From Candidatus Babeliales bacterium (GTDB taxonomy: Bacteria > Babelota > Babeliae > Babelales > JANWKD01): 64,000 bases of DNA. Shown here in pieces: positions 38,092-48,450 of this stretch (its first letter is position 1; every line of letters begins with the position of its first letter). A program made the position numbers and the translations under genes. A model generated the notes under the pieces. That model was not told the origin of the DNA, did no database searches, and was given only the letters and a program-made list of their open reading frames with translations. Location: assembly GCA_963701665.1 (NCBI GenBank), contig OY969622.1, forward strand, positions 96,001 to 160,000, given 5' to 3'.

Positions 38092-40692
38092 TTATTTTTG
38101 ATGTTGCACAACCCACTTCTTTAATGAATCTTCAAAATCTAAGCCAACGAGCGGGCCACCACCTTGCAACGTAAGGCCTTTGCCACCACAACGCAATCCT
38201 TTTTGCTCCAGCCACGCAGAAAGATCTTTCAATGAAAAATGAGTTTCATATTCAGGTGATAACGCTGCATATAATGAACTGCGATGCGCATCACCGGTAA
38301 GTAAGAAATAAAAACCAGGTTTTTTCTGTTGCAACAATGTTGCTAAGTCTTTCATTTCTTCATTAGAAAGTTCGGGCATTGATACATACAAGAACGGAAT
38401 TTTGCCAACGAGGGTAATTTTTTCAAGTAACGAGGGAACTTCACCTTTTATCGCTGCAGATTTTAATTTTTTTATCTGAGATTGCGCGTGTTTGAGGTGC
38501 TCACGTTGTTTTGCGAGCGTTGTTAACAGTTCATCCGCGCGCACTTTATATTCTTGTGCGAGGTTTTTAACAATGGAAAAACTTTGTTGGAAAAGTTCAA
38601 CCGCTTTGGGTCCTGTTACTGCCACTAAGCGACGCTGCCCAGCTGAAAGGGCGGTAACCTCAGTGATTTTAAAGCAGCCGATATCACCCGTTGCACGCAC
38701 ATGCGTTCCGCCGCACAATTCTGCAGAAAACCCTGGCACAGTAACCACACGCACCTTATCAGGATTATATTTTTCGCCAAAGAATGCTATGACGCCAGCA
38801 TTCACCGCATCTTTATATGTGGTTTCTTTAGTTGATACGGGAATATTTTCTTGAATCTTTTTGTTAACCACATCTTCAACGCGCTTAATTTGCTCAGGGG
38901 TTAAATTTTCATGGTAGGTAAAATCAAAGCGCAAATAATCGGGCACTACCAATGAACCAGCTTGTTTGACTTGTTTTCCTAATAATTCAATAAGCGCCGC
39001 TTGAAGCAAGTGCGTTGCGGTATGATTCTTCATTGTATCCAAGCGCACTTCTTTATTGACAACCTGTTTCACTGAATCGCCAACTGAAATTGCAATAGGG
39101 GTTTCAAGCTCAATAGCGATCGCGCCATCAATTTTTTTAAGCCCATCAATCGACACGCTATATTCATTACCGAAAATAACCTTACCTTGATCGCTCACTT
39201 GCCCTCCGCACTCGACATAAAAAGGCGAGGTTTGGGTAATGATCCAACACTTTTTGCGTGCGCCAACTGAGTTTACTAATTTATTTTCATGAATGATGGC
39301 AGTGATCGGCGATACTGTTTCTAATTCTTGGTAACCAGTAAAAGTGGTTTTGACCGATACTGGCAGGGTGATTTCTTTTTCTTCATGCACAACTTTTTTG
39401 CCTGATTGTTCACGTTGTTTTTCCATGTGCTCATTAAATGATTGCACATCAACAGCAAAACCTTTTTCCTGAGCAATGAGTTGCGTCAACTCAAGGGGAA
39501 AGCCATACGTATCATATAATTTGAATGCTTGCTCACCCGAAACAATTTTGTTTTTATCCTTGGCGAAATATTCTTCAAGTATATGTTGCCCGTGCACTAA
39601 ATTGGTTGCAAATTTTTCTACTTCGCTCTTGAGCAAACTAATAATTGCTTGTCTATTTTCTTTCAACTCCGGATAAATTGATGACATGTGATCAATTACC
39701 ACATTAGCAAGTTCTGGGAAAATCTGTTTTTCTGTTAATTTTTTTGAAAATAATGCCGCGCGGCGAATAATTTTACGCAGCACATACCCTCGCCCTTCAT
39801 TAGATGGCGAGCAACCATCAGCAATCAAAAACGAAGACGCGCGAATATGGTCGGCAAGCACGTGAAATGCAGCTTTTAGCGCAGGGGATTGATTTTTGTA
39901 TACTAGCCCAGTTAATTTTTCAATACCAGCTATGATTGGTGCAAAAAGATCTGTTTCAAAGACTGAATCTTTATCTTGCACAATGACACACAAACGCTCG
40001 AGTCCCATACCCGTATCAACGCCCACGCGTTTGAGCGGGTTATCTTGGCCATTTGGTTGACGATCAAATTGCATAAATACCAAATTCCAAACTTCTAGGA
40101 AACGATCGCATGAACATCCCGGTGCACACGTTTTTTTTCCACACCCTCGATCTGCGCCACGATCAACGAGCAATTCTGAGCAGGGGCCACATGGGCCTGT
40201 ATCACCCATTTGCCAAAAATTATCAGCCTCGCCAAGACGGTGAACTTGCGATTCAGGAAGTCCAATTTCTTTGTGCCAAATATCATACGCTTCATCATCT
40301 TTTTTGTAGACGGTGGCATGCAATGTTTCGGGGTTAAAGCCCATCTCTTTAATAAGAAAATCCCAGGCAAATTTAATAGCATCTTTCTTGAAATAATCCC
40401 CAAAGGAAAAGTTGCCCATCATTTCAAAAAAGGTAAGATGGCGCTTGGTAAAACCAACATTATCAAGATCGTTATGCTTACCGCCAGCGCGCATGCATTT
40501 TTGAATGCTCACCGCACGCGTATAACTGCGCGTCTCTTTGCCTAAAAAAAGATCTTTGAACTGATTCATACCAGCATTGGTAAATAAAATTGTAGGATCT
40601 TGGGCAGGGATTAAGGATGAACTTGGAACTTTGGTATGCTGACGTTTTTCAAAGAAATCAAAAAACTTTTTGCGGATTTCTAGGGAATTCAT
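38092..40692 (-). CDS. alaS: Alanine--tRNA ligase
   Basis: FTNAGMNQFK, HLTFFEMMGNFSFGDYFK, DTGMGLER, HTATHLL and ELCGGTH motifs. Confidence 0.98.
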   Translation of the reverse strand: MNSLEIRKKFFDFFEKRQHTKVPSSSLIPAQDPTILFTNAGMNQFKDLFLGKETRSYTRAVSIQKCMRAGGKHNDLDNVGFTKRHLTFFEMMGNFSFGDYFKKDAIKFAWDFLIKEMGFNPETLHATVYKKDDEAYDIWHKEIGLPESQVHRLGEADNFWQMGDTGPCGPCSELLVDRGADRGCGKKTCAPGCSCDRFLEVWNLVFMQFDRQPNGQDNPLKRVGVDTGMGLERLCVIVQDKDSVFETDLFAPIIAGIEKLTGLVYKNQSPALKAAFHVLADHIRASSFLIADGCSPSNEGRGYVLRKIIRRAALFSKKLTEKQIFPELANVVIDHMSSIYPELKENRQAIISLLKSEVEKFATNLVHGQHILEEYFAKDKNKIVSGEQAFKLYDTYGFPLELTQLIAQEKGFAVDVQSFNEHMEKQREQSGKKVVHEEKEITLPVSVKTTFTGYQELETVSPITAIIHENKLVNSVGARKKCWIITQTSPFYVECGGQVSDQGKVIFGNEYSVSIDGLKKIDGAIAIELETPIAISVGDSVKQVVNKEVRLDTMKNHTATHLLQAALIELLGKQVKQAGSLVVPDYLRFDFTYHENLTPEQIKRVEDVVNKKIQENIPVSTKETTYKDAVNAGVIAFFGEKYNPDKVRVVTVPGFSAELCGGTHVRATGDIGCFKITEVTALSAGQRRLVAVTGPKAVELFQQSFSIVKNLAQEYKVRADELLTTLAKQREHLKHAQSQIKKLKSAAIKGEVPSLLEKITLVGKIPFLYVSMPELSNEEMKDLATLLQQKKPGFYFLLTGDAHRSSLYAALSPEYETHFSLKDLSAWLEQKGLRCGGKGLTLQGGGPLVGLDFEDSLKKWVVQHQK

Positions 40693-40751
40693 ATAATCTT
40701 TCTAACGTGGTACTGATAACTTTAATCTTTGTAATATAATATTATTCTAAA

Positions 40752-41282
40752 TCAGCTTTTTTGGAAGTTCGTTACCCGTTTAAAGTGAACCCTTTTAGGA
40801 TCTTCTTTGCAATCTCGAGCAAATTCCCTCAAATGATTGGAGCTATTGTGCATAAATCTTTTTGCTCGTTTTTTTTGATGATATTTCAATACGTTTTTAA
40901 GATTTTTTAGAAACTCTCGTTCAAGCATATGTTTATCAGATCCCGATTCAACATGCTTCTCAAGAACTTCAAAATATTCTTTAACTTTAACCGCCTGCTC
41001 ATCTTGTTCAAGCTCATCTTTGAACACTTTTAAATAATCATTCACCCGTTGAGCCAAACGCTCCATCGACTTTTTTTCTTGTTTCGTTAATTTTGAATTT
41101 TCAATTTTATTACAAATCCTATTCCAATGATTAAGAGCGCGAACATAGTTTCTCACAAGAATAAGGCTGACAAAATTATCAATTGTCTTTAACGGTGCAA
41201 ACCATTCTGGATTGATCATTACATCATGAGCAAGACATTGAATAACCGACGCTAAAACTATCCCTAAATATAATTTTTTCAT
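40752..41282 (-). CDS. Secreted helical hypothetical protein
   Basis: Signal peptide MKKLYLGIVLASVIQCLA; charged helices. Confidence 0.65.
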   Translation of the reverse strand: MKKLYLGIVLASVIQCLAHDVMINPEWFAPLKTIDNFVSLILVRNYVRALNHWNRICNKIENSKLTKQEKKSMERLAQRVNDYLKVFKDELEQDEQAVKVKEYFEVLEKHVESGSDKHMLEREFLKNLKNVLKYHQKKRAKRFMHNSSNHLREFARDCKEDPKRVHFKRVTNFQKS

Positions 41283-41307
41283 GACGTCCTAGAAGCAATG
41301 AATTTTT

Positions 41308-41868
41308 CTATAACCTTGTGTTGATTATAGCCTGAGCACCCTCTAAAAATTCATGCATATAAGCATCTAATGTAGCGAATTTATCTTGGGTTATAGTACA
41401 AATATTTTCGGCATTATCGGTATCCATAATTTTTGATAAACCAGTAATATCAGAAAAAGCATCAAAATATTTTTCAACCGTACGCCTTAATGGATGATTA
41501 AATGCATCGATAAAGTATTGCTGTAATGATTCAAATTGGCCAATGACATTTTTTTCTTTGTCAGTAAGCCCTTCATGTGGCAAATCCTGAGAATTAAGAT
41601 AAATCTTCTTATAAATATCTTTATTTTCAACTACTAAATGCACAAGTGAGCAATAATTTTGTATTAAATTTAAAATAAATTTTTGTTCTTCGATGCTTAG
41701 TTTGCTAAAATCTTGTAACCACATATTCTTATAAAAATGAGCGATATTGTTGTCTTCCTGCGTTAAATTTAGCTCATTAATATCGGACAATTTTGATATA
41801 CTAGATTCGTTAGCATACATTAATGAAAATGCAAAGCACAAATAAGCTTTTAATAATTGTTTAACCAT
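41308..41868 (-). CDS. Secreted hypothetical protein, paralogue of 41918..42442
   Basis: Shares NY.SL.H...EN...Y.KI, LT..E.N and NIC motifs with its neighbour. Confidence 0.7.
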   Translation of the reverse strand: MVKQLLKAYLCFAFSLMYANESSISKLSDINELNLTQEDNNIAHFYKNMWLQDFSKLSIEEQKFILNLIQNYCSLVHLVVENKDIYKKIYLNSQDLPHEGLTDKEKNVIGQFESLQQYFIDAFNHPLRRTVEKYFDAFSDITGLSKIMDTDNAENICTITQDKFATLDAYMHEFLEGAQAIINTRL

Positions 41869-41917
41869 ACTGTTATCCCTAACTAATTAACCCTAATAGT
41901 TTTTTTATTTTTACAAT

Positions 41918-42442
41918 TTACTGAGGATTATCCTCAACATATATTTTCACTGCTTCGAAAAATGTCTCCATATTATTTAATATTTCTGCACACTCTTCAT
42001 CAGTCGCATCACAAATATTAAATAACTTGTAGCGATTATCAGGATCTTCCTCAATTTTCATATAGCCAGAGATCAATAGAAAATTTTTCATGAGCTGATT
42101 CATTTCTTCGCTTGGTGCAAAATCACGATTTTGAGTTTCACTCAGATATCTTCTTAAGGCTTCCAAATGCGTATAATGATTTCTTTCTTGTTCGGTCAAA
42201 TCTGCATATAAATATTTTTTGGCGTTCATATTACCAATAATCTTTCTATACGTAGTAGGATTTTCGGCAAGACAATGAATAAGGGAATAATAGTTACCTA
42301 TCTCAGAAAACAGAATTTCCTGATCTTTCTTATTCTGCTGATGAAAAATATTAAACCATTCATCCTTAGTTAAAAATGTCTCCTGAGCATAAGAAACTAA
42401 TGTCATCAAACACAAAAAGCTCATTACTAATTTTTTTACCAT
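41918..42442 (-). CDS. Secreted hypothetical protein, paralogue of 41308..41868
   Basis: Signal peptide MVKKLV...SYA; motifs shared with neighbour. Confidence 0.7.
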   Translation of the reverse strand: MVKKLVMSFLCLMTLVSYAQETFLTKDEWFNIFHQQNKKDQEILFSEIGNYYSLIHCLAENPTTYRKIIGNMNAKKYLYADLTEQERNHYTHLEALRRYLSETQNRDFAPSEEMNQLMKNFLLISGYMKIEEDPDNRYKLFNICDATDEECAEILNNMETFFEAVKIYVEDNPQ

Positions 42443-42445
42443 TAT

Positions 42446-42766
42446 TTATCCTAACAATTGTTTGATTTTGCTATGAAGATCTTCTTTACTCATATACCCT
42501 GTTTCTTTGCCCACAACAGCCCCGTTCTTTATAAACACAAAAGTGGGAATCGAGGTTACCCCATATTTGATAGCCAATTCTCGGGATTCATCGACATTTA
42601 ATTTCAAAAATTTATGAGTTTTTGCTAGCTCTTTTGATAGTTCCTCGACAATTGGCATCATTTGCAAGCAGGGACCGCACCAGGTTGCATAGACATCTAA
42701 CACAATAGGCATAGAGGAATTAGTCACTTCTTTATCGAAATTTTCTTTTGTTAACGGAATCGGCAT
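42446..42766 (-). CDS. trxA: Thioredoxin
   Basis: WCGPC active site, cis-Pro motif SIPT. Confidence 0.95.
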   Translation of the reverse strand: MPIPLTKENFDKEVTNSSMPIVLDVYATWCGPCLQMMPIVEELSKELAKTHKFLKLNVDESRELAIKYGVTSIPTFVFIKNGAVVGKETGYMSKEDLHSKIKQLLG

Positions 42767-42830
42767 AAGGCATCCTTTTTATCTTTCAAAATTTACCTGA
42801 TATTTATTAATCTTATCGTACTTTACCATG

Positions 42831-43532
42831 CTATGCAAACCAGCTTTTAAAGGTACTTTTTAACTCTTCAAGACCCCGCATAATCTTTTTCTGAAGGGCC
42901 GATTCTTCAGGGTTCTCTTGCTGCAACCTTTTGGCTGAATCCTCGAGCTCATTAATAAGCGCTTTTGTTTTGGTAATCATCATATCAGTTACCATGTGCT
43001 TATCTGACATTTGACCTTTGTATTCAGAGATAGCCTCTTGGCGCGAGCGCGCGTTTTCAATGACCATGCTTTTGACCGCTAAAAACGATAACTCTTTTTG
43101 AATTGGGCCGGCTTCATTAATCTCATCACATTGCAAACGCTTAATACGATCAATGATATAACTATTTTTTGTTCTGCGTGAATCATTTGAAATTACTTCA
43201 ATTTCAAGATAGTCCCTATTATTAAATTTCAGAACCTCGGGCGAGGCCAAGCGGATTTCATGAATTTCGCGCAAATCAAGCTTAGTGGTATTTATATCGG
43301 GATTCACATCAGGAGTTTTTGGTATTTGATACACGGGAATATCAGTATAGCGCCCTCCGATAGTAACATTTTCAACGGAATACTGCTGATCTGAAGTATC
43401 AATCAAAGTCCCTGAGACATTTATGGCAGGTTTTTCGCAGGTTGACGTGGAAGAATTCTGCCCGCCAAAATGGGCAAAGAAAAGCAGTGCACTACAACAA
43501 AAAAAAATTTTCTTCAAAAGGTAATGCTTCAT
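42831..43532 (-). CDS. Hypothetical exported protein
   Basis: RBS, hydrophobic N-terminus, beta-rich domain and coiled-coil tail. Confidence 0.65.
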   Translation of the reverse strand: MKHYLLKKIFFCCSALLFFAHFGGQNSSTSTCEKPAINVSGTLIDTSDQQYSVENVTIGGRYTDIPVYQIPKTPDVNPDINTTKLDLREIHEIRLASPEVLKFNNRDYLEIEVISNDSRRTKNSYIIDRIKRLQCDEINEAGPIQKELSFLAVKSMVIENARSRQEAISEYKGQMSDKHMVTDMMITKTKALINELEDSAKRLQQENPEESALQKKIMRGLEELKSTFKSWFA

Positions 43533-43704
43533 AAAAACTCCTTTTTTATCGATAATAGATAGGTATTGCGTTTGTATAGATTTACTACAACAGCTCTTTC
43601 AAGCGCAAGTAGTTATCTGTTTTTTGCAAAACCCTTGAGTTGAATTCCGAAGAAAATTTATTATCAATAATGCAACTCGATGAAACCTACAATAAAAACA
43701 AGAA

Positions 43705-43801
43705 TGTCATCCCGAGGCATTAGCCGTGGGGATCCAAACAATTAATTCCTTAAAGGAACTAATTTTATAATTGGATTGCCACGCATTCGCTCGCAATGAC
43801 A
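43705..43801 (+). repeat. Palindromic repeat copy 4, possibly inside a degenerate MITE (43670..43852)
   Basis: tgtcatcccgagg...gatcc...ggattgccacgcattcgctcgcaatgaca; outer atgcaactcgatg / catcaaacttgcgt. Confidence 0.8.
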
Positions 43802-43884
43802 ATTTTGTTTTCAATACGCATTATCTGTGGCATAGTAACATCAAACTTGCGTTAAATATGGTATAAGAAAAGAGGATTTCTGGC

Positions 43885-44577
43885 ATGAATGAAATATATT
43901 TACAATCACACCGCACCATAAGCTCGATGCTCTATAAAGTTTTTGGCTGGATGATGGTCGCCCTTGTGCTCAGCGCAGGGACAGCATATTATGTGGCAAC
44001 AAACCCTGTTATTATTGAAACGCTGTATAAAAATTCTTTTCTTTTATTTTTCATTTTCTTACTACAGTTACTGCTTGTTGTTGTATTATCTGCATTCATT
44101 ATGAAAATTAACTTTCTTACGGCATTAGTATGCTTTATAAGTTACGCCTTGCTCACTGGCCTAACCTTATCATCTATTTTTCTTGTCTATACACAGCAAT
44201 CAATATTTATAACTTTTATAGTCGCGGCAGGTATGTTCGGCTGCATGGCGATCTTCGGGTATTTTACCAAAGCCGATCTAAGCAGTATGGGTTCCATAGC
44301 CTTCATGGGATTAATAGGACTCATTATAGGCTTTTTGATTAACTTATTTTTAAAAAGTGGAACGTTTGATTATATTCTGTCTCTTATTGGCATCGCAATA
44401 TTTACGGTACTTACTGCCTATGATATGCAAAAGATTAAAAATATGGCGGCAACTATGTCATCGCAAGGCGATATTGGCAACAAAATTAGCTTAACGTGTG
44501 CGCTCGCTCTTTACCTTGATTTTATTAACCTTTTCTTGATGCTGTTGCGCATTTTTGGCAGACGAAACAACGATTGA
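43885..44577 (+). CDS. Bax inhibitor-1/YccA (YbhL-like) membrane protein
   Basis: Seven TM segments; LTAYD.QKIK and AL.LYLDFINLF motifs. Confidence 0.93.
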   Translation: MNEIYLQSHRTISSMLYKVFGWMMVALVLSAGTAYYVATNPVIIETLYKNSFLLFFIFLLQLLLVVVLSAFIMKINFLTALVCFISYALLTGLTLSSIFLVYTQQSIFITFIVAAGMFGCMAIFGYFTKADLSSMGSIAFMGLIGLIIGFLINLFLKSGTFDYILSLIGIAIFTVLTAYDMQKIKNMAATMSSQGDIGNKISLTCALALYLDFINLFLMLLRIFGRRNND

Positions 44578-45273
44578 AGATCGTAGCTCTTTAATTTCTT
44601 TTTCAGTTAGAAATCGCCAGCGGCCAACGGGCAAACCTCTTTTTGATAAGCTTCCGTATACAATGCGATCGAGTTTGATCACATTATACCCCATATGCTC
44701 AAATATTCTTCGTATGATACGGTTTTTGCCACTGTGAAGGATAATGTTCACACGCGTTCGTGATTGATTAAGTACGCGCACGCCATCAACCTTAATAAAA
44801 CCATCTTTGAGCATAAAACCTTGGATAAGCGCTCGTTCATGGTCACGCGCTAAAGGCTTATCGAGGGTGACACAATATACTTTATTCACCCCATAACGAG
44901 GGTGTGATATATGTTGTGTGAGCGCACCATCATTGGTAAGAAGTAAGAGGCCAGTACTATCGCGGTCTAAACGCCCGACAGGAAACACACGTTGGGTAAC
45001 CTTTTTATCTTCTACAAGATCCATTACCGTTTTTCTATCTTGTTCATCGCTCGTTGTGGTGACATACCCTTTAGGCTTATTCAAAAGGAGATAGACATGT
45101 TTTTGGAGCTCGATGACTTTGCGTTGTACGCGCACAACATCAGTATCCTTAACAACATGAGAAGGTTGCTTGATACAAGCATTATTAATGGAAACTTTGC
45201 CTTCTTGAATTAGTACTACTGCCATACGACGCGAACAAACGCCGGCATGTGCAAGATATTTGGTAAGATACAT
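44491..45273 (-). CDS. rRNA pseudouridine synthase (RsuA/RluB family)
   Basis: S4 domain (GVCSRR), LNKPKGY, VGRLDRDSTGLLLLTNDG and GKNR.IRR motifs. Confidence 0.93.
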   Translation of the reverse strand: MYLTKYLAHAGVCSRRMAVVLIQEGKVSINNACIKQPSHVVKDTDVVRVQRKVIELQKHVYLLLNKPKGYVTTTSDEQDRKTVMDLVEDKKVTQRVFPVGRLDRDSTGLLLLTNDGALTQHISHPRYGVNKVYCVTLDKPLARDHERALIQGFMLKDGFIKVDGVRVLNQSRTRVNIILHSGKNRIIRRIFEHMGYNVIKLDRIVYGSLSKRGLPVGRWRFLTEKEIKELRSSIVVSSAKNAQQHQEKVNKIKVKSERTR

Positions 45274-45331
45274 AGAAATCCCTAAAAATAAGTTAACTCA
45301 CTCCATTTCAAATAAACATAAGATCCAACAT

Positions 45332-45487
45332 CGTCATCCTGAGGAGCGCAGCGACGTGAGGATCCAGAATTTTATACATTCCTTTAAGGAATTTACTTTA
45401 TGATCTGGATTCTACTCCGCTAAAGCTTCGTAGAACATGTTGCCAACTCCTTCGAAGCTCGTAGAGCGAAGTAGGATCGCAATGACA
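45332..45487 (+). repeat. Palindromic repeat copy 5, with the same nested insert as copy 2
   Basis: cgtcatcctgaggagcgcagcgacgtgaggatccag...gcgaagtaggatcgcaatgaca. Confidence 0.85.
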
Positions 45488-45503
45488 GTCATTTTTACTC
45501 TGT

Positions 45504-46073
45504 TTACCCAGCAGGGATGAAAAAATTTTTACGATAATACGCTAATTCTTCAATGGATTCACGTATATCAGGTAAGGCACGGTGCGTATCCTGCTTTTTG
45601 AACTCAATACGAGGATCTTTTGGATACCATCGTAAAATAACTTCCTTTATAGAGCTTACATCAATTATCTTATAGTGTAAAAGAGCGTCTAGTTCAGGCA
45701 TATGTGCCCGGATAAAAGCCTTATCCTGCCACACTGAATTGCCACAGAGAACCCCCTGCCCTAGGGAAATATAAGGTTTCAAGAAATCGATCAAACGAGC
45801 TTGTGCCTGCTCGAGCGTTATTGTCGAATCTTTTACCGCTTGGGTAAGGCCGGAAAGCCCATGCTGCTTTTTGCACCAATCATTCATGTTGTCCAGGACC
45901 TCATCAGGGTAATGGATCACCAATAAAGGTCCTTCAGCAAGAACATCCAACTGATTATTAGTAATGATAACAGCAGCCTCTAAAATAACATCTTGAGGCA
46001 GTTCTAACCCGCTCATCTCAAGATCAATCCAAATAAGATAGTCTTTATGGCGTGTTATTTTTTCTGGTGTCAT
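45504..46073 (-). CDS. orn: Oligoribonuclease
   Basis: WIDLEMSGL, GNSV..D..F, IDVSSIKE and HRAL.DI.ESI.EL motifs. Confidence 0.95.
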   Translation of the reverse strand: MTPEKITRHKDYLIWIDLEMSGLELPQDVILEAAVIITNNQLDVLAEGPLLVIHYPDEVLDNMNDWCKKQHGLSGLTQAVKDSTITLEQAQARLIDFLKPYISLGQGVLCGNSVWQDKAFIRAHMPELDALLHYKIIDVSSIKEVILRWYPKDPRIEFKKQDTHRALPDIRESIEELAYYRKNFFIPAG

Positions 46074-46075
46074 GT

Positions 46076-46792
46076 TTAATTATCTTCCAATTGAATATTG
46101 GTATCACAACAAGCGTCGCTTAAATCATTAACTTCTAATTCTTGAATAAAAGGATTGATATTCTTTTTATTTTTTCGATTAATTCTAAAACGATTGCCAT
46201 GTGGCGACGCAGGAATTTGTATGCTTCCTATTACGTATTCGATTGGCTCTTCGGTTATCTCTTCTTCCTTTTTTTCACAGCTTTTACTATCAATAGTTGG
46301 TTTTTTAAAATCAAAATTATCTTGGCTTTCTATCAAAAGGGATAATGCGCTTTTACTTTTTAATTCTAAGGGTTTTGGCGCTTTCTCCGATTGCTTGACG
46401 CTTGCTTCGGGTTGTGGCGTATCATTTACAGAAAAAAGACATTTCTTACCCATGCTTTTTATCTTCGCTAATAAATCGTTTCGTGAAAGTGATGATTTTG
46501 ATTGCGACTTATCGAGCTTAAAATCTTTTGAACTTTTACCCATCTCTATACAAATATTGCCAATAATCTCATGTCTCTTATAAAAAGGATAGGGCTCTAT
46601 CTCTTTTTTCGCCAACAACTCATCAATAAAACTCAGTACATCTAATGCATCAGTCGAAACAATTTCACTATCATTGAGAGGCAAATCCCATTCTGATAAA
46701 CATCTACGTGCTGATTGTTCTTGCTCCATTGCATATGATGAGATAGCCATTAAAAGAAACACAAAAAAAACTGAAGTTCGTATCTTAATCAT
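46076..46792 (-). CDS. Secreted hypothetical protein, low complexity
   Basis: Signal peptide ending SYA-MEQ. Confidence 0.65.
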   Translation of the reverse strand: MIKIRTSVFFVFLLMAISSYAMEQEQSARRCLSEWDLPLNDSEIVSTDALDVLSFIDELLAKKEIEPYPFYKRHEIIGNICIEMGKSSKDFKLDKSQSKSSLSRNDLLAKIKSMGKKCLFSVNDTPQPEASVKQSEKAPKPLELKSKSALSLLIESQDNFDFKKPTIDSKSCEKKEEEITEEPIEYVIGSIQIPASPHGNRFRINRKNKKNINPFIQELEVNDLSDACCDTNIQLEDN

Positions 46793-46896
46793 CCTAAACC
46801 TTGATATAAGAATGTCTTACAAGCTGATTATTCACTTGCTAAGATACTAAAATTTTTTTGTTGCTTCGAGTTTTTTTTAATCTAATTAAATTTTGA

Positions 46897-47187
46897 TTAT
46901 TCTTCTGATTGCTTGACGGGAATTATTTTAATATTTTCGTTAGAACAAACTTTGACGCGGATTCTCTTTTTCTCTTTTCTTTTTTTTTGGACTTCTCTAA
47001 AAACTTTCAAGCTAAAAAAAAAATTTTCGACATCTGCATCCTCTTTAGCTTGAGAAATAGGAGAAAAATCAAAAATGCTGGTTTTGTTATCAAAGCCCAT
47101 AACGGATGGAAATTCATCCATTGCTTCACTATTAAGAATGCATAACACAATGAGAAGAGAACTTGAAATGCTACTATATATTTTCAT
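46897..47187 (-). CDS. Small secreted hypothetical protein with basic cluster
   Basis: Signal peptide ending SEA-MDE; KKRKEKKRIR. Confidence 0.55.
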   Translation of the reverse strand: MKIYSSISSSLLIVLCILNSEAMDEFPSVMGFDNKTSIFDFSPISQAKEDADVENFFFSLKVFREVQKKRKEKKRIRVKVCSNENIKIIPVKQSEE

Positions 47188-47331
47188 GAAAACTCTCCAT
47201 TAATTTTCATAGTAGTATAGACTAAGCATACATATATGCGCTGGCGTAAAGCCATAATTTATTCATAACATTAATTTTTTGCGCAACATATGCATAAAAA
47301 AATTATTTTGAAAACCAAGGAACCGTGCAGT

Positions 47332-48450
47332 ATGCAACAAATAAGAGTAGGCGTTTTGATGGGAGGTAAATCTATTGAACGAGAAGTCTCGTTTAACTCA
47401 GGACGCACGGTATGCGATCATCTTGATGCACATCGCTATGATATAGTTCCTCTGTTTCAAGATAGCCATGGAAAGCTTTTTATTTTACCATGGCGTTTTT
47501 TGCACCGCGGCAAAATTAGTGATTTTGAACATCGCCTCAATACAGAAGCAGAGCAGATCACGTGGGATTCTTTAAAAGAAAGAGTTGATTTTATCTATAA
47601 TGCTATGAACGGTCGTTATGGCGAAGATGGATCCTTACAAGGACTTCTTGAAATTTTGGGAATTCCCTATCTTGGTTCGAAGGTGTACGCGAGTGCACTC
47701 GGTATGGATAAATTTTTGCAAAAAGATTTTTTGCGCATGCATAACATTACTGTTCCGCGCGACGTTCGCATTAAACAGAGTGACATTGCTTTATCGCATG
47801 ATCTTACTCAGCATTGTGTTGAGCTTTTAGGCAATGCAGATATTTCCTTTCCTTGCATCATTAAACCGCGTCATGAAGGATCGAGCCTTGGCGTTACGGT
47901 GGTAAAAAGGAAAGAAGAATTAGCTGAAGCAATAAAGAAAGCAGCGCACATTGATCCCCATAAAACACAAGATGTTTTGATCGAAGAACTCATTGAAGGT
48001 ATGGAATTTACCTGCATTCTTTACACCGATCAAAATGGGCAAGCAGTTGCGATGCCACCAACAGAAATTATAAAAGATCAGGGCGCTGATGTATTTGATT
48101 ATACTCAGAAATATATGCCCGGACGCGCGACAAAATTTACACCCGCGCGTTGTGATGCGCACGCGACTAATCTTATTCAACAAACGTGCGTTCAAGTTAT
48201 GCATGCACTCGACATGCAAACACTCGTTCGCATCGACGGGTTTCTCACGCGCAATGCTAACGTTGTTATTATTGATCCTAATTCACTCTGCGGTATGGCA
48301 CCTTCCTCCTTCGTTTTTTGCCAAGCTGCACAAATCGGCATGAATCATGCCAATTTAATCAATCATGTTATTGAATCAGAATTAAGGCAGTATAAAACAT
48401 GTACCGTTTTTTCATCGTTACAACAGAAAGAATACACATGGACTCATTAA
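47332..48450 (+). CDS. ddl: D-alanine--D-alanine ligase-like ATP-grasp protein 1
   Basis: GG.S.EREVS, G.YGEDG, KP..EGSS.G, FDY..KY and RIDG motifs; divergent IIDPNSLCGM. Confidence 0.85.
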   Translation: MQQIRVGVLMGGKSIEREVSFNSGRTVCDHLDAHRYDIVPLFQDSHGKLFILPWRFLHRGKISDFEHRLNTEAEQITWDSLKERVDFIYNAMNGRYGEDGSLQGLLEILGIPYLGSKVYASALGMDKFLQKDFLRMHNITVPRDVRIKQSDIALSHDLTQHCVELLGNADISFPCIIKPRHEGSSLGVTVVKRKEELAEAIKKAAHIDPHKTQDVLIEELIEGMEFTCILYTDQNGQAVAMPPTEIIKDQGADVFDYTQKYMPGRATKFTPARCDAHATNLIQQTCVQVMHALDMQTLVRIDGFLTRNANVVIIDPNSLCGMAPSSFVFCQAAQIGMNHANLINHVIESELRQYKTCTVFSSLQQKEYTWTH

